Below, in pieces: positions 17,945-26,998 of a DNA stretch of 64,000 nucleotides. The notes under the pieces are model-generated. The model was not told where the DNA came from, searched no databases, and saw nothing but the letters and a program-made list of their open reading frames with translations. The DNA lies in the IMG/VR virus record IMGVR_UViG_3300012942_000032, positions 58,282 through 122,281 of that record, one strand, 5' to 3'. This stretch comes from a virus (lineage: Duplodnaviria; Heunggongvirae; Uroviricota; Caudoviricetes). Position 1 is the stretch's first letter; every line of letters begins with the position of its first letter. The position numbers were made by a program, and so were the translations under genes.

Positions 17945-18132
17945 TGTTCATTGCAGTCTTCGCAGTCATAAGCTGCATTCAGATGAATGCCATCAGGAAC
18001 ACATCCTACGCATTTGATGTTGGTACCAGAACATCGGGGACACATCTTGCCCTTACAGACGGTATCCCTTTGGTCTTCTGTGAATGTCCACTCGCTAGGT
18101 CTACTTGGCATTTTCTCTGCACCAGGATTCAA
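17929..18132 (-). CDS. hypothetical zinc-ribbon protein (67 aa)
   Basis: CKGKMCPRC...CVGC...CEDC cysteine pairs. Confidence 0.5.
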   Translation of the reverse strand: MNPGAEKMPSRPSEWTFTEDQRDTVCKGKMCPRCSGTNIKCVGCVPDGIHLNAAYDCEDCNEQWEGY

Positions 18133-18349
18133 ATTCTTCTTGTTGACGATCGTAAATCTCTTTGATCTTGTCGTCGGATGCTTCTAGCCTATATTCAGCG
18201 AGCTTCTGACGACAATCAGAAATTGGGAGGTCGCATGCCCAACAGTGTTCTATCAATTTTTCCGCATCAGAAAGTTTCATGATGGTATCAATCGTTGGCT
18301 GTATTGCGTGCAAGTGTAGCACAACAGCGCAGGGAGTGCAAAACCGCAC
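18101..18349 (-). CDS. hypothetical protein (82 aa)
   Basis: ORF track. Confidence 0.45.
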   Translation of the reverse strand: MRFCTPCAVVLHLHAIQPTIDTIMKLSDAEKLIEHCWACDLPISDCRQKLAEYRLEASDDKIKEIYDRQQEEFESWCRENAK

Positions 18350-18370
18350 GTAGCTGGGAAAATAGTGATC
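18311..18370 (+). repeat. GC-rich intergenic repeat family member (AGCACAACAGCGCAGGGAGTGCAAAACCGCACGTAGCTGGG...GTGATC)
   Basis: Shares the AACCGCACGTAGC core with 22321-22370. Confidence 0.6.
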
Positions 18371-18378
18371 TTTTCACA

Positions 18379-18460
18379 GAAAGCGCGCTGCAAAATCAAT
18401 GACTTACACGGTGGTCAAATCAGCGATTTTTGCAGCGCGCTAACATGCGCTTTCAGTTTT
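18379..18460 (+). terminator. long GC-rich hairpin (AGCGCGCTGCAAAA...TTTTGCAGCGCGCT) with trailing T-run
   Basis: A 14-bp stem nested in an outer GAAAGCGC/GCGCTTTC stem, followed by AGTTTT. Confidence 0.45.
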
Positions 18461-18584
18461 ACCAGAACTTTCCTATGAAATGGATCACCACGCAAATCAG
18501 GCCTACGAACAGGGCGATGCACACCACAGCCCAGATCGCAGTGATCAGTTCAACCAACGTGAAACCCTTCTGGAACTTCTTCAT
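18459..18584 (-). CDS. prepilin-like (type IV pilin N-terminal motif) mini-protein, 41 aa
   Basis: MKKFQKGFTLVELITAIWAVVCIALFVGLICVVIHF carries a canonical G|FTLVEL prepilin cleavage/methylation motif plus a hydrophobic helix. It is the internal start of track ORF 18459..18680. Confidence 0.45.
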   Translation of the reverse strand: MKKFQKGFTLVELITAIWAVVCIALFVGLICVVIHFIGKFW

Positions 18585-18597
18585 TACCTGCTCCTGA

Positions 18598-18810
18598 TTA
18601 CGAAAAACGCCCTTTCGGACGGTTGTCAAGGGAAACCTGATGTTTCTTAGCCTTCCCAAAATTGAAGAATCGACGGCCATCTTCCGTGTAGTACCTGGTT
18701 CCAGTCTTGTCCTTCCTGAACATCATTCCATGGGGAAGACCTTTGTTGCCGAAGGTCACTTCCATCTTCACGTTCAGGATATTGAGGGTGGTACGGAACT
18801 GGCGCGTCAT
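18598..18810 (-). CDS. hypothetical basic protein (70 aa)
   Basis: ORF track; preferred over the overlapping 18647..18877 frame. Confidence 0.4.
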   Translation of the reverse strand: MTRQFRTTLNILNVKMEVTFGNKGLPHGMMFRKDKTGTRYYTEDGRRFFNFGKAKKHQVSLDNRPKGRFS

Positions 18811-19022
18811 GAGATAAAGCTCTCGATGCTGATTTCGACGCCGTCGCTGTTCTTGAACTTCTCACCACGATGAACAATGGTGTAGACTGCGCCCCTGATG
18901 TTCAGGTTCTTGAGAAACCCTTCCAACATCTCACCTGCCGCGTCCGCACCTTCCCTCATGTACTTGGCGACAAAGTTCTGCGAAGTCGCATTCTTGTCGG
19001 GAATCTCGATCGTTATTTTCAT
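18807..19022 (-). CDS. hypothetical protein (71 aa)
   Basis: ORF track. Confidence 0.45.
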   Translation of the reverse strand: MKITIEIPDKNATSQNFVAKYMREGADAAGEMLEGFLKNLNIRGAVYTIVHRGEKFKNSDGVEISIESFIS

Positions 19023-19053
19023 TTCTTGCCCCTGTTAAATCGGAAAGGCTATC

Positions 19054-19302
19054 TTATCGCTCTGGCATCAAATTGATTTGGAGCGATTTCTGTACGAAAC
19101 TCTGATCATCGATCATTTCAACCATTTTCTTAGGATCGCAGTGATCAAGATAATCGTCGAAAGGATCAAGAACACTTCCTGCACATCCATCCCACACGAT
19201 GTTAGGATTGTGTGCAGCAACCCAACCTAAGGCACCTACTATCACCCTCAGTTGGTTCTCGGTCATCCTGACCTCTACGATTTCGTTTCTGATATCACTC
19301 AT
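19054..19302 (-). CDS. hypothetical protein (82 aa; internal start MSDIRNEIVEV...)
   Basis: Track ORF 19054..19542. The N-terminal extension overlaps the neighbouring gene in another frame. Confidence 0.45.
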   Translation of the reverse strand: MSDIRNEIVEVRMTENQLRVIVGALGWVAAHNPNIVWDGCAGSVLDPFDDYLDHCDPKKMVEMIDDQSFVQKSLQINLMPER

Positions 19303-19735
19303 CTTCTTCGGTCTCTTCGCTCGCAGTCCACACGAAGGAAGGCCAGTAGACGATGTAGTCTCGGCCCAGGTTGTCGTAACGTGCCCCTGTGATTCCGAAT
19401 TGAGCAGCCCGCTCGATGATCTTGATGGGATCTTCCCCAGAGATGCCGTAGCAGCGTTCACCGTACATGCACCTGCCGGAATAACCCTCATAGATCGAAA
19501 CATCTTCCGCGTCTCCTTGAAGCGACTCCACCACCTCATCAAAAAGGTTCTTGATGAAATCCTTGTTTTCCTTTTCGTCGCTCCTGGAAATCCGCCTCAG
19601 ACCATGAGTAAGATGGTCGATGCTGTTCTGTATCTCGTCTTTCGACTCTTCCAGCTCTTCAAGAAACTCCACGGCTTGCACCTCGCGTTGTTTTGCCCAT
19701 GCGTTTATAATAACGCAATGCAAGCGTGGAGTCAA
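19295..19735 (-). CDS. hypothetical acidic protein (146 aa)
   Basis: ORF track. Confidence 0.5.
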   Translation of the reverse strand: MTPRLHCVIINAWAKQREVQAVEFLEELEESKDEIQNSIDHLTHGLRRISRSDEKENKDFIKNLFDEVVESLQGDAEDVSIYEGYSGRCMYGERCYGISGEDPIKIIERAAQFGITGARYDNLGRDYIVYWPSFVWTASEETEEDE

Positions 19736-19764
19736 GTGAAGAAGTTAATTATCAGTGATATACG

Positions 19765-19986
19765 TCACTGATTCTTCTGATCGTATTCTTCCACGATTTT
19801 CTTGATCGTTTGCAGGTGCTGACCTTGGGAATAATATAGGTCGCCAGAAGTCTTGAAGACTAGATCACGAGTCTCCAAAGAACGCATCGTTGCGGGAAGA
19901 ACATCAAGTTCAGAGATCGACCTGGGGGTATTGTCGATCTTGCGGAGGGCTTCGATTTGAAGCTCGGTGAGGGGTTTAGCAGCCAT
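19765..19986 (-). CDS. hypothetical protein (73 aa)
   Basis: ORF track. Confidence 0.45.
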   Translation of the reverse strand: MAAKPLTELQIEALRKIDNTPRSISELDVLPATMRSLETRDLVFKTSGDLYYSQGQHLQTIKKIVEEYDQKNQ

Positions 19987-20161
19987 GACACATCTCCAGT
20001 GATAAGATACCCTTCCAAGGAGGGTACGTCCTTCCCCTGTTTTGAGATGTTATTGGTATCGGGGAAACTGGATGCGCTTCTTGATAACGAAGAAGAGGCC
20101 AACCAGGTCAAGAACCAAGACAGCATAAATCGCAATCAGAAGCGCATCCATTGACTTTCTC

Positions 20162-20485
20162 CTACTTGACAGCCTCGAGCAAGGAAGGAGCAACCTTCCA
20201 ATTCATGCCATTCTCTGCCTTGACCTGCACCGTCTTAGCATTGATCTTCTGAACGGTGCCACGAACATGCATCTGCTTCTTGGCAGAATAGAACATGACA
20301 CGATCATTGACCTTGAAGAGCTTGGCGGTCTGGTACTGCAAAGAGTTCCAGCGCTCCTTGATGGCGGCATTGATCTGAGTAAGATCGTCCGTCGTCATAC
20401 TATTGGTGCGATCGAGGATGGTGTTGACAATCTGAGAAGTATTCATGAAACACCTTTGGTTTGGATGAAGGTTGTTGGGCTCCAC
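20162..20485 (-). CDS. hypothetical protein (107 aa)
   Basis: ORF track. Confidence 0.45.
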   Translation of the reverse strand: MEPNNLHPNQRCFMNTSQIVNTILDRTNSMTTDDLTQINAAIKERWNSLQYQTAKLFKVNDRVMFYSAKKQMHVRGTVQKINAKTVQVKAENGMNWKVAPSLLEAVK

Positions 20486-20530
20486 CTATAAGCAAGTGTA
20501 ACGCAAACAAGCGAAGATAAAAAGAAATTT

Positions 20531-20779
20531 CTAAGAGTTATGATCAATCCTTGAGGCGACCATAGCCCTTGCTGTCGCCTCGTCTGCATTGTAAAGCTTG
20601 TCGCAGAAGAAACGATCTTGTCGGCACTTCTCCAGCTTCATGTATGAATAGAAGGCCTGACCCCAACGCAGAGCTGTATTCCTGTGCCTGAACGCATCCA
20701 CGCGACTCTTAGGGAACATGAGCATGATCTGCTCCTTTGATTTCTTCCGTGACACGAACCAGATCTTCCAGAGTGACAT
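20531..20779 (-). CDS. hypothetical protein (82 aa)
   Basis: ORF track. Confidence 0.4.
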   Translation of the reverse strand: MSLWKIWFVSRKKSKEQIMLMFPKSRVDAFRHRNTALRWGQAFYSYMKLEKCRQDRFFCDKLYNADEATARAMVASRIDHNS

Positions 20780-21038
20780 CCAAGAAGAAGACGATACCTC
20801 GATTCCATGTTCTGGTGTACTTGCCCATGAAGTTTTCCAGGGTCAGAGGATCAACCTTCTTCAGATCTTCTGGTGTGATTGCAAACGAATGGACAGTCTT
20901 GCTTTTGAGGATGCTTCCCACCAGATGAACGATATCAGGAAGAGCAATGTCATAGGTGTCAGACACAGGGTAGTGAGCAGCCTTGAAAGAGACGCACATA
21001 TCCTTCAGTTTGGCAACGATGTCATCTTGCAGACTCAT
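20709..21038 (-). CDS. hypothetical protein (about 109 aa, start MSLQDD...)
   Basis: Track ORF 20709..21065, with the internal start preferred. Confidence 0.45.
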   Translation of the reverse strand: MSLQDDIVAKLKDMCVSFKAAHYPVSDTYDIALPDIVHLVGSILKSKTVHSFAITPEDLKKVDPLTLENFMGKYTRTWNRGIVFFLDVTLEDLVRVTEEIKGADHAHVP

Positions 21039-21241
21039 GATCTTCTCCTTACTGTTCCGTACCATTGATTGTCATGAAAACTGATCGAACCTATTAGAGG
21101 ATGACCTTCAGAGTCCTTTCCTTCCCAGTGTGCCTTGACGGGTTCCAGACCTTGATCCCGTAAGAACAGACGAACGTACTGAAGATTATCATCCTTGTAT
21201 TCTATGATTCCATTCTTTTTGACTACACCTAAGAAAGGCAC
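21035..21241 (-). CDS. hypothetical protein (68 aa)
   Basis: ORF track. Confidence 0.45.
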   Translation of the reverse strand: MPFLGVVKKNGIIEYKDDNLQYVRLFLRDQGLEPVKAHWEGKDSEGHPLIGSISFHDNQWYGTVRRRS

Positions 21242-21492
21242 TCGACTCTCCCCAACCTATTCATCAGCCGCGCAGACTTCGGTTCGTGCTTCGCGGTATT
21301 GATGGAACAGATTGTGAAGTCATTCCTGTGGAGCAACCTTCCAAGACGGTTCTCAATGCAATGCACGCAGAGCATTCCAATCTTGGTCGTGACAACAGAT
21401 AACCAAACCTCATCCTTAAGGTAATAGTGTTCGTAGATCTTTCCTGTATCAACTTTGCAATCCAGACACAGGAACTTAGACCTAGATTTCAT
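21229..21492 (-). CDS. hypothetical zinc-finger protein (87 aa)
   Basis: CLDC...CVHC cysteine pairs. Confidence 0.45.
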   Translation of the reverse strand: MKSRSKFLCLDCKVDTGKIYEHYYLKDEVWLSVVTTKIGMLCVHCIENRLGRLLHRNDFTICSINTAKHEPKSARLMNRLGRVECLS

Positions 21493-21625
21493 TTCTTGTC
21501 TTCCTTGCCAGGACAGGGAGCATTCATTGCCTTAGACGTGGCAGAGTTCTTCAGATTGATCAGACCACAGCGTCCACAGAACATGAAAGACATCTTGTGA
21601 GTGATCTTGAACCAGATATGACTTT

Positions 21626-21892
21626 TCATTTGACAATCCTGCTGTTCATGGCAACCATTTCTTGCACCAGAAGAAGATCAAAGTCGTCTGTCGTAGGGGC
21701 AGCCGCAATGACATTGAAACCGTGTTTCGTGAGGTAGTTGGCAGCAGTGACCACCATATCACGTGCCTCATAGTCGAAGGGGATTGTGATGCGATCACCA
21801 GGATGTCTGCATGAATACATCCTGATCCGCGCTCCTCGTTTGGAAGTAGGACCAATCTTCTTTACTTTGATCGCATGAAGATTAGGAAACAT
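21626..21892 (-). CDS. hypothetical protein (88 aa)
   Basis: ORF track. Confidence 0.45.
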   Translation of the reverse strand: MFPNLHAIKVKKIGPTSKRGARIRMYSCRHPGDRITIPFDYEARDMVVTAANYLTKHGFNVIAAAPTTDDFDLLLVQEMVAMNSRIVK

Positions 21893-21903
21893 TCTTTCTC
21901 CCC

Positions 21904-22212
21904 TTATTCTGGAATTTTGATCTTCACAGAATGATCATTGAAGTCGACAGTCATCAGGATGTCCCACTCATCCTCAAACGGAATGATGTAAGGATCTTCA
22001 TCCATCATGACCAACTCAATCACTTTGCAACCAGGTTCCCACTTCCAATTCGGCGCCCAGTGAGCCCAATCAAATTTGATAGCATCCAGGATGCAGCTTC
22101 CAAGACATCTTTCTTCCTTCAGCACCCAGGTATTCTTCTCGGGATAGGATTCTTTGATACAATCCTTGCCGAAAATCCTTTCTATCAGATCTCTACCGTA
22201 CATGGCGTGCAC
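21904..22212 (-). CDS. hypothetical Trp-rich protein (102 aa)
   Basis: ORF track. Confidence 0.45.
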   Translation of the reverse strand: MHAMYGRDLIERIFGKDCIKESYPEKNTWVLKEERCLGSCILDAIKFDWAHWAPNWKWEPGCKVIELVMMDEDPYIIPFEDEWDILMTVDFNDHSVKIKIPE

Positions 22213-22320
22213 CTGCTTGCCTGTTATCCATGCTTTATACTAACATGATCCATTATGGAATAGCAACTGAAGATTTAGACTATCTGTGATATAGATCTTC
22301 TGTTAGAATCTTCAATACTT

Positions 22321-22370
22321 TGCACACTAGCAGCACACAATCCCTGCAGAACCGCACGTAGCAGGATGAT
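22321..22370 (+). repeat. GC-rich intergenic repeat family member (TAGCAGCACACAATCCCTGCAGAACCGCACGTAGCAGGATGATC)
   Basis: See the repeat-family finding. Confidence 0.6.
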
Positions 22371-22465
22371 CGTCTCCAAATGTTTACAAAAGCGCATTAC
22401 AAAACAACGACTTGCGCTGACAATAGTCATGAAAATGCGCGCACAAAATGCACGCGCAGTTCCTG

Positions 22466-22696
22466 TTAATTCGTTTTCAGATCAGCAAGCTTGGCGAGGA
22501 ACTCGATCTCTTGCCTTCCTTGTTTCTTCAACCAGTCCAGAGTGCGACGATGATTGGACGGAATAGCTCTGGCGGCAGGACGACCACGATAGGTATATTT
22601 GTACTCCGCATCTTTCAGAGTACCATCCGCATGATACCATGCCCTGCATTTCTCCCAGGCAAGCATGAAGCTTCCGTCTTGGAAGTTAACCTTCAT
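22466..22696 (-). CDS. hypothetical protein (76 aa)
   Basis: ORF track. Confidence 0.45.
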   Translation of the reverse strand: MKVNFQDGSFMLAWEKCRAWYHADGTLKDAEYKYTYRGRPAARAIPSNHRRTLDWLKKQGRQEIEFLAKLADLKTN

Positions 22697-23010
22697 TAGT
22701 TCCTTCCTCGAGGAGCATTGATCAGGTTGCGCACCTCCTGGATGGCAAGGATATCGACGAGGTAATCCAGATCAATGCTGACGTGCGTCATTTCTACAAC
22801 GTCAACCAAGATCAGAACAGACTTCTCTTCCAGATGAAGCTCTGTGGCGCGCATATCATCCAGAAAGATTTCCAGACGAGCAGCAACCATAGCGGTCAAC
22901 ATCTGTTCAGACGACACGTTTTCCATTATTATTTGCTCCTTGAGGGCAACAAAGACCTCAGGTGAATGATTGCTTCTTCCCTGATAACGAATTCCCTTAC
23001 GGTGAACCAC
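22696..23010 (-). CDS. hypothetical protein (104 aa)
   Basis: ORF track. Confidence 0.4.
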   Translation of the reverse strand: MVHRKGIRYQGRSNHSPEVFVALKEQIIMENVSSEQMLTAMVAARLEIFLDDMRATELHLEEKSVLILVDVVEMTHVSIDLDYLVDILAIQEVRNLINAPRGRN

Positions 23011-23144
23011 TTCTTCGAAAGGAGTCGATCCAGAGAGGAATGAGTGATCAGACCATCCGTCTCCTCCTTGATCTGTTCGATGTCATCCTCGACTTCATCT
23101 TCCGTTACCCTGAAGTGGAGACCCTGAGGAGTGATATTGATCAT
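22929..23144 (-). CDS. hypothetical acidic protein (71 aa)
   Basis: ORF track. Confidence 0.4.
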   Translation of the reverse strand: MINITPQGLHFRVTEDEVEDDIEQIKEETDGLITHSSLDRLLSKKWFTVREFVIREEAIIHLRSLLPSRSK

Positions 23145-23488
23145 TTCAGATCCTCCTCAAGAAGGTTGATGGCCAGGAGTTCCAGAGAACGTTCTTCTTC
23201 AGACCAGAGGTGTGGGAAGCTCGTCACATGGTTGCGAAGTGCCTGGAGATCCTCCTTCTGATAGTCGGTGCCCAGAACATCAATGGCGATCTCCTGAGCC
23301 CTTTCCAGAACCTCGATCTGTGAGTTCACAAGCATCTGGTCGAGGAGTTCCCTGGCAGCATCCATATGAACACTCACTGAATGACTCCGGAAACACGGAA
23401 CCAGAAGATGCAGCTTACCACTGCCCACATGAAAGCAATGAAGCCCCAGCGGTTGAGGAGTCGACGACAGTCCCGATTGAACCGCCAT
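23141..23488 (-). CDS. hypothetical protein (115 aa)
   Basis: ORF track. Confidence 0.45.
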   Translation of the reverse strand: MAVQSGLSSTPQPLGLHCFHVGSGKLHLLVPCFRSHSVSVHMDAARELLDQMLVNSQIEVLERAQEIAIDVLGTDYQKEDLQALRNHVTSFPHLWSEEERSLELLAINLLEEDLK

Positions 23489-23521
23489 TGGAAACGAACA
23501 AAACCAGTGCGACGAATCATG

Positions 23522-23728
23522 TCAGCTGATCCTCTTGATGTAGATGTCCTGATCGTGCCCCACAAGCATCTCCTGCCCTGCTTGCAGATCAGCGATCAGA
23601 TCGACTTCTGATTCCGAGTAGTCAGTCATCTCGAACACCTGCTGGAGCGAGAGACCACAGTCTCGGCGATTGACTGTACCACCAGACCGATCTTCCATCG
23701 TGTAGCGTTTCATAAACAGATACCTCAC
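23522..23728 (-). CDS. hypothetical protein (68 aa)
   Basis: ORF track. Confidence 0.4.
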   Translation of the reverse strand: MRYLFMKRYTMEDRSGGTVNRRDCGLSLQQVFEMTDYSESEVDLIADLQAGQEMLVGHDQDIYIKRIS

Positions 23729-23997
23729 TCGCTGATATCAATCATCAGAGGAACATCTTCTTCCTCAAAGTAATCAGAGACATCGCCCCAGGTAACCTGA
23801 ACAGCAATGTTCTCCACCAGTTCCTGCTTGATCGCTGTCCGATCGTCAACCCTGACACACATCGTCTCCGGCAGTCCATCAACCTTCAGTTCCGCCTGCA
23901 AGAGATCGTAGATGACAGCCAGTTGGGCTTCCGTCAGACGCAGATCATATACCTTGTTCATGTTCGTGCCCCTACTTGTAACGCATCCTGAAGCCAA
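23725..23997 (-). CDS. hypothetical protein (90 aa)
   Basis: ORF track. Confidence 0.45.
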   Translation of the reverse strand: MASGCVTSRGTNMNKVYDLRLTEAQLAVIYDLLQAELKVDGLPETMCVRVDDRTAIKQELVENIAVQVTWGDVSDYFEEEDVPLMIDISE

Positions 23998-24235
23998 GTG
24001 CTTCTACACACTCGGACATAGAAATCGAATCACAAAAGCCCTGGAACCGACCCTCCGCCCTGCTCGCATACCACTTGAACACAACATCGGAAATGTATCC
24101 CTGAGAAACAGCAGCCTGTGTTACCAGCGCCACCTGAATCCCATCCTCGAGCAAGTACGCCTTACCCTTCCCTACATTTTCGATCGTATAGTTCATGTCT
24201 ACCTCAAGAAGCGGATTGCCTACAACGTATCCCAT
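23972..24235 (-). CDS. hypothetical protein (87 aa)
   Basis: ORF track. Confidence 0.45.
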   Translation of the reverse strand: MGYVVGNPLLEVDMNYTIENVGKGKAYLLEDGIQVALVTQAAVSQGYISDVVFKWYASRAEGRFQGFCDSISMSECVEALGFRMRYK

Positions 24236-24835
24236 GCGCTTATACTAGCACACAAGCAAAAGAAAGCAAGTGAAGATTTGAACTATCGTAGAACTCTGTC
24301 TAACTTACTTCGTCTAACTTACTTCTTAGGTACCTTACTCAGTTCAGATCTCCGAACACGAAGAGCTTTCCCATCACAAAAGATCGCCGCCCAACCCGGC
24401 TCCTTAAACTTCATACCCTGAATGACCTCGACCTTCCGCCCCTGATACATCTTCATCACCAACCGTGCCATACCCCATCACCTCCTGTAGTCCTGTGTCA
24501 ACATATGATGCAGTTCCTCCGCAATAGATAACAGAGCAAGCGCATTAGCATCTAACTTTTTCTCAAATGCCTTCTCTTTCATCTTAAACAACTTCTTCCG
24601 CAACACATGAAGCTGACGAACTTTCCGTTCCTGTAAGTCCATAACCACTCCCTCGCCCTAAAAGGTAAAGACATACTAAAAGAACATTCAGAAGAAAGCA
24701 AATAGAATCTAAGAAGTATCGTAGACACAATACTACACAAGCCCAGCACCAATATAGAACCTACGATGTAACGCGCTATAACAGCGCACAAGCAACGCGC
24801 ATCCCAACAGCAATACAGCAGCACACCCTTATACC

Positions 24836-24864
24836 TCCCTGCGCTTGTAGCGCGTTATAAAAGC
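24836..24864 (+). repeat. 29-bp direct repeat copy 1 (TCCCTGCGCTTGTAGCGCGTTATAAAAGC)
   Basis: Repeated at 26256-26284 with one mismatch; contains a GCGC-ttgta-GCGC mini-hairpin. Confidence 0.7.
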
Positions 24865-25229
24865 TCTCCAGTTTCGTCTGCAACTCACTCCGTCTTCACT
24901 ACGCTCGATTCTGCTTCGTCTACAACAATAGAATACGATCATTTATATTGCATTCATTGATAACGATCAAAAGGTCAGAAAGTGATGAAGATGGTCAAAA
25001 TTATATGATCTGTTCTCCTGACGTGCCACTCAAAAGAAAAGGAGCACAAAGGCCCCTAAGGAGTAGGTGTGGTGTGATACTACAAGGAGAGGAGTGAGAA
25101 GCAACAGGACTTAGATCATACACTAAGAGTGGTGTTGTGATCAGACCAAAGGTGCTATGGGTTCAGAAGTGGAACCAATCAGGCGACGATCACCAAGCTC
25201 ACCAAAGCTATCCTTTCTAAGAACCCAGT

Positions 25230-25595
25230 CTAGCCTTCCTCTCCAAACATCAGATCATAGAAGCGTTGCCAGTCACACTCCGCGAAGGTGGTGAGCTTAC
25301 ATTGTTTCATGCAACCAACAGGAGTGAGTACAACGTAGGAGATCAGGTCTGCCATACGTGCGAGCATTTCGTCCTTGTTGTGTACTATCTGATCAGGAGC
25401 ATGCTCGTAGGTAAAGGTGAGGAATCGATCTTGTTCTTCAGGAGAGGTGAAGGTGATAAAGGTCATAGCACCTCTGCCATCGTTGTGTATCTCTGCGACC
25501 TTTTTGTTGTTGCGGGTGAGGTGGTAGCGATAGGCGATCCCATTCCGAGTTTCCATATCGGAGTAGGAGGCGATTGAGTAGCCGTTAGTGATCAT
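25230..25595 (-). CDS. hypothetical protein (121 aa), elevated GC
   Basis: ORF track; translationally coupled (ATGA) to the upstream gene. Confidence 0.5.
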   Translation of the reverse strand: MITNGYSIASYSDMETRNGIAYRYHLTRNNKKVAEIHNDGRGAMTFITFTSPEEQDRFLTFTYEHAPDQIVHNKDEMLARMADLISYVVLTPVGCMKQCKLTTFAECDWQRFYDLMFGEEG

Positions 25596-25789
25596 AGGAC
25601 GAAGGAGAAGATGTGGTTGTCGGAGTTGGTGGGAGTCTGGAGAACATCCCCGAACATTTTGATCAGTAGATCGTTGGAGCAGGAATCGGGATCAGCTTCT
25701 GTTTCGGGAATAGGAGCCTGAGAGGAATTGGAGAGCGCGTGCATGAGGACAGCGATCTGATTGGAGGACAGGCGGATGTTGTAGTTCAT
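25592..25789 (-). CDS. hypothetical small protein (65 aa, start MNYNIRL...)
   Basis: Track ORF 25592..25825; AAGAGG lies upstream of the internal ATG. Confidence 0.4.
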   Translation of the reverse strand: MNYNIRLSSNQIAVLMHALSNSSQAPIPETEADPDSCSNDLLIKMFGDVLQTPTNSDNHIFSFVL

Positions 25790-25803
25790 GTGACCATTAC
25801 CTC

Positions 25804-26023
25804 TTAGGAGTGGAAGGCGTGCCAAGCGCCAGTGATGTAGGAGATGGTACCGACGATCTCCACACCTTCATAAAGATCGTCCTCTGAGAAGGAGCGCATA
25901 GCTCCTGTTTGGATAGCTTTCAAATCTTCAGGAGTGAGGTCTTTGATAGAGGTGACATTGAAACGCTCCAGATACCACTTCACACCGTCTTCGATGTTTT
26001 TGCGTACATCATGCAGGAAAGTC
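25804..26023 (-). CDS. hypothetical small protein (73 aa, start MTFLHDV...)
   Basis: Track ORF 25804..26106; AAGAGG RBS 7 nt upstream of the internal ATG. Confidence 0.45.
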
Positions 26024-26255
26024 ATTCTATTGCCTCTTAGGTGTGCATTGGGAGCATTGCGTCCCTGTATGCACATACTAGCACGCTGCGCACACAGGGC
26101 AAGCATTACATGCGATCTGCATCTATGAAAGTTTAGGAGTAGGTGGTGTGCTGCTATGCGCGGGAGCGTGCTAGTGTACGTGGTGCCTTAGACGCACGCT
26201 GCGCCCGTATAAGCGCGTCCCTGCCGTCCCGTGTGCTAGTGTAGTCCCGTACAGT

Positions 26256-26284
26256 TCCCTGCGCTTGTAGCGCGTTACAAAAGC
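26256..26284 (+). repeat. 29-bp direct repeat copy 2 (TCCCTGCGCTTGTAGCGCGTTACAAAAGC)
   Basis: See copy 1. Confidence 0.7.
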
Positions 26285-26409
26285 CCTTCAGTTCCACTTC
26301 CAAAGAGGAGTAGGAGCACATACGAGGAGGGCAAGGTGGTGCTGAAATAGAGGTGGCAAGAAAGGGAGCATCTCTGCTCCCGATCCTGCTTGCTTGTTGT
26401 GCTGCCGTA

Positions 26410-26913
26410 TTACGCTTCGGCGGACTCGGTCTTCGGAAGCGAACGTGCCGTCTTCAGACCCAGGTTGGCCAGCACCTCGTTCTTGTCGATCTTGCTCACG
26501 TCCCCGATGAAGCGCACGTTGCGGCCGCTCTTCTCGAAGTCTTTCGCGTACAGCTTCCGGATGGTCTGCATCATGCGCACCTTGCGCCCCGCCTTCCACT
26601 CGGTGAGCGTGTCGCCGGCCTGCAGCGCCTGGATGGCCATGTCGAAGACCACGTCGTACTCGGGGTTCTTCGTGCGCTCGGTCTGCTCCGCCGCTTCCTG
26701 CTTGGGAGCTTCCGCTTCCGGCTTGCTGAACGTGACCGTCAAGCTGTTCTCGCCGGCTTCGAACGAGGCACCTTCGAGCTGCTCCAGCGCCTTCTGCGCT
26801 TCGGCGGGATCGACCTTGCTGATCTTGTAGCCGTCGTCGCCGTGCTTGCGCACGCGGTCGAAGGACACGTTGCTGGACTTGAGGTTGGTGCTGATGTCGG
26901 TGGTGGTGTACAT
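26410..26913 (-). CDS. hypothetical protein (167 aa) encoded in a DNA segment of about 62% GC
   Basis: AAGGAG RBS 7 nt upstream. Third-position GC is strongly elevated and unlike the rest of the phage. The overlapping plus-strand ORFs are antisense artefacts. Confidence 0.65.
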   Translation of the reverse strand: MYTTTDISTNLKSSNVSFDRVRKHGDDGYKISKVDPAEAQKALEQLEGASFEAGENSLTVTFSKPEAEAPKQEAAEQTERTKNPEYDVVFDMAIQALQAGDTLTEWKAGRKVRMMQTIRKLYAKDFEKSGRNVRFIGDVSKIDKNEVLANLGLKTARSLPKTESAEA

Positions 26914-26998
26914 GGTGTTATCTCCTTTGCGTGCTAGGGCGGAATTGCCCTTGCTTAGTTGGGGGAAGTTAGCGCGTTGCTCCCTGTCCCTTATGCTT

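Noticed and set aside
18647-18877. Overlapping alternative frame to ORF 18598..18810
   Set aside because: The two minus-strand frames overlap almost fully. The 18598..18810 frame is kept because it abuts its neighbours without overlap. This choice is uncertain.
26353-26937. Plus-strand ORFs (194 aa, 146 aa) and minus 26288..26599 overlapping the high-GC gene
   Set aside because: Long open frames are expected by chance on all strands of 62% GC DNA. Only the minus-strand 26410..26913 frame has an RBS and a non-repetitive product.
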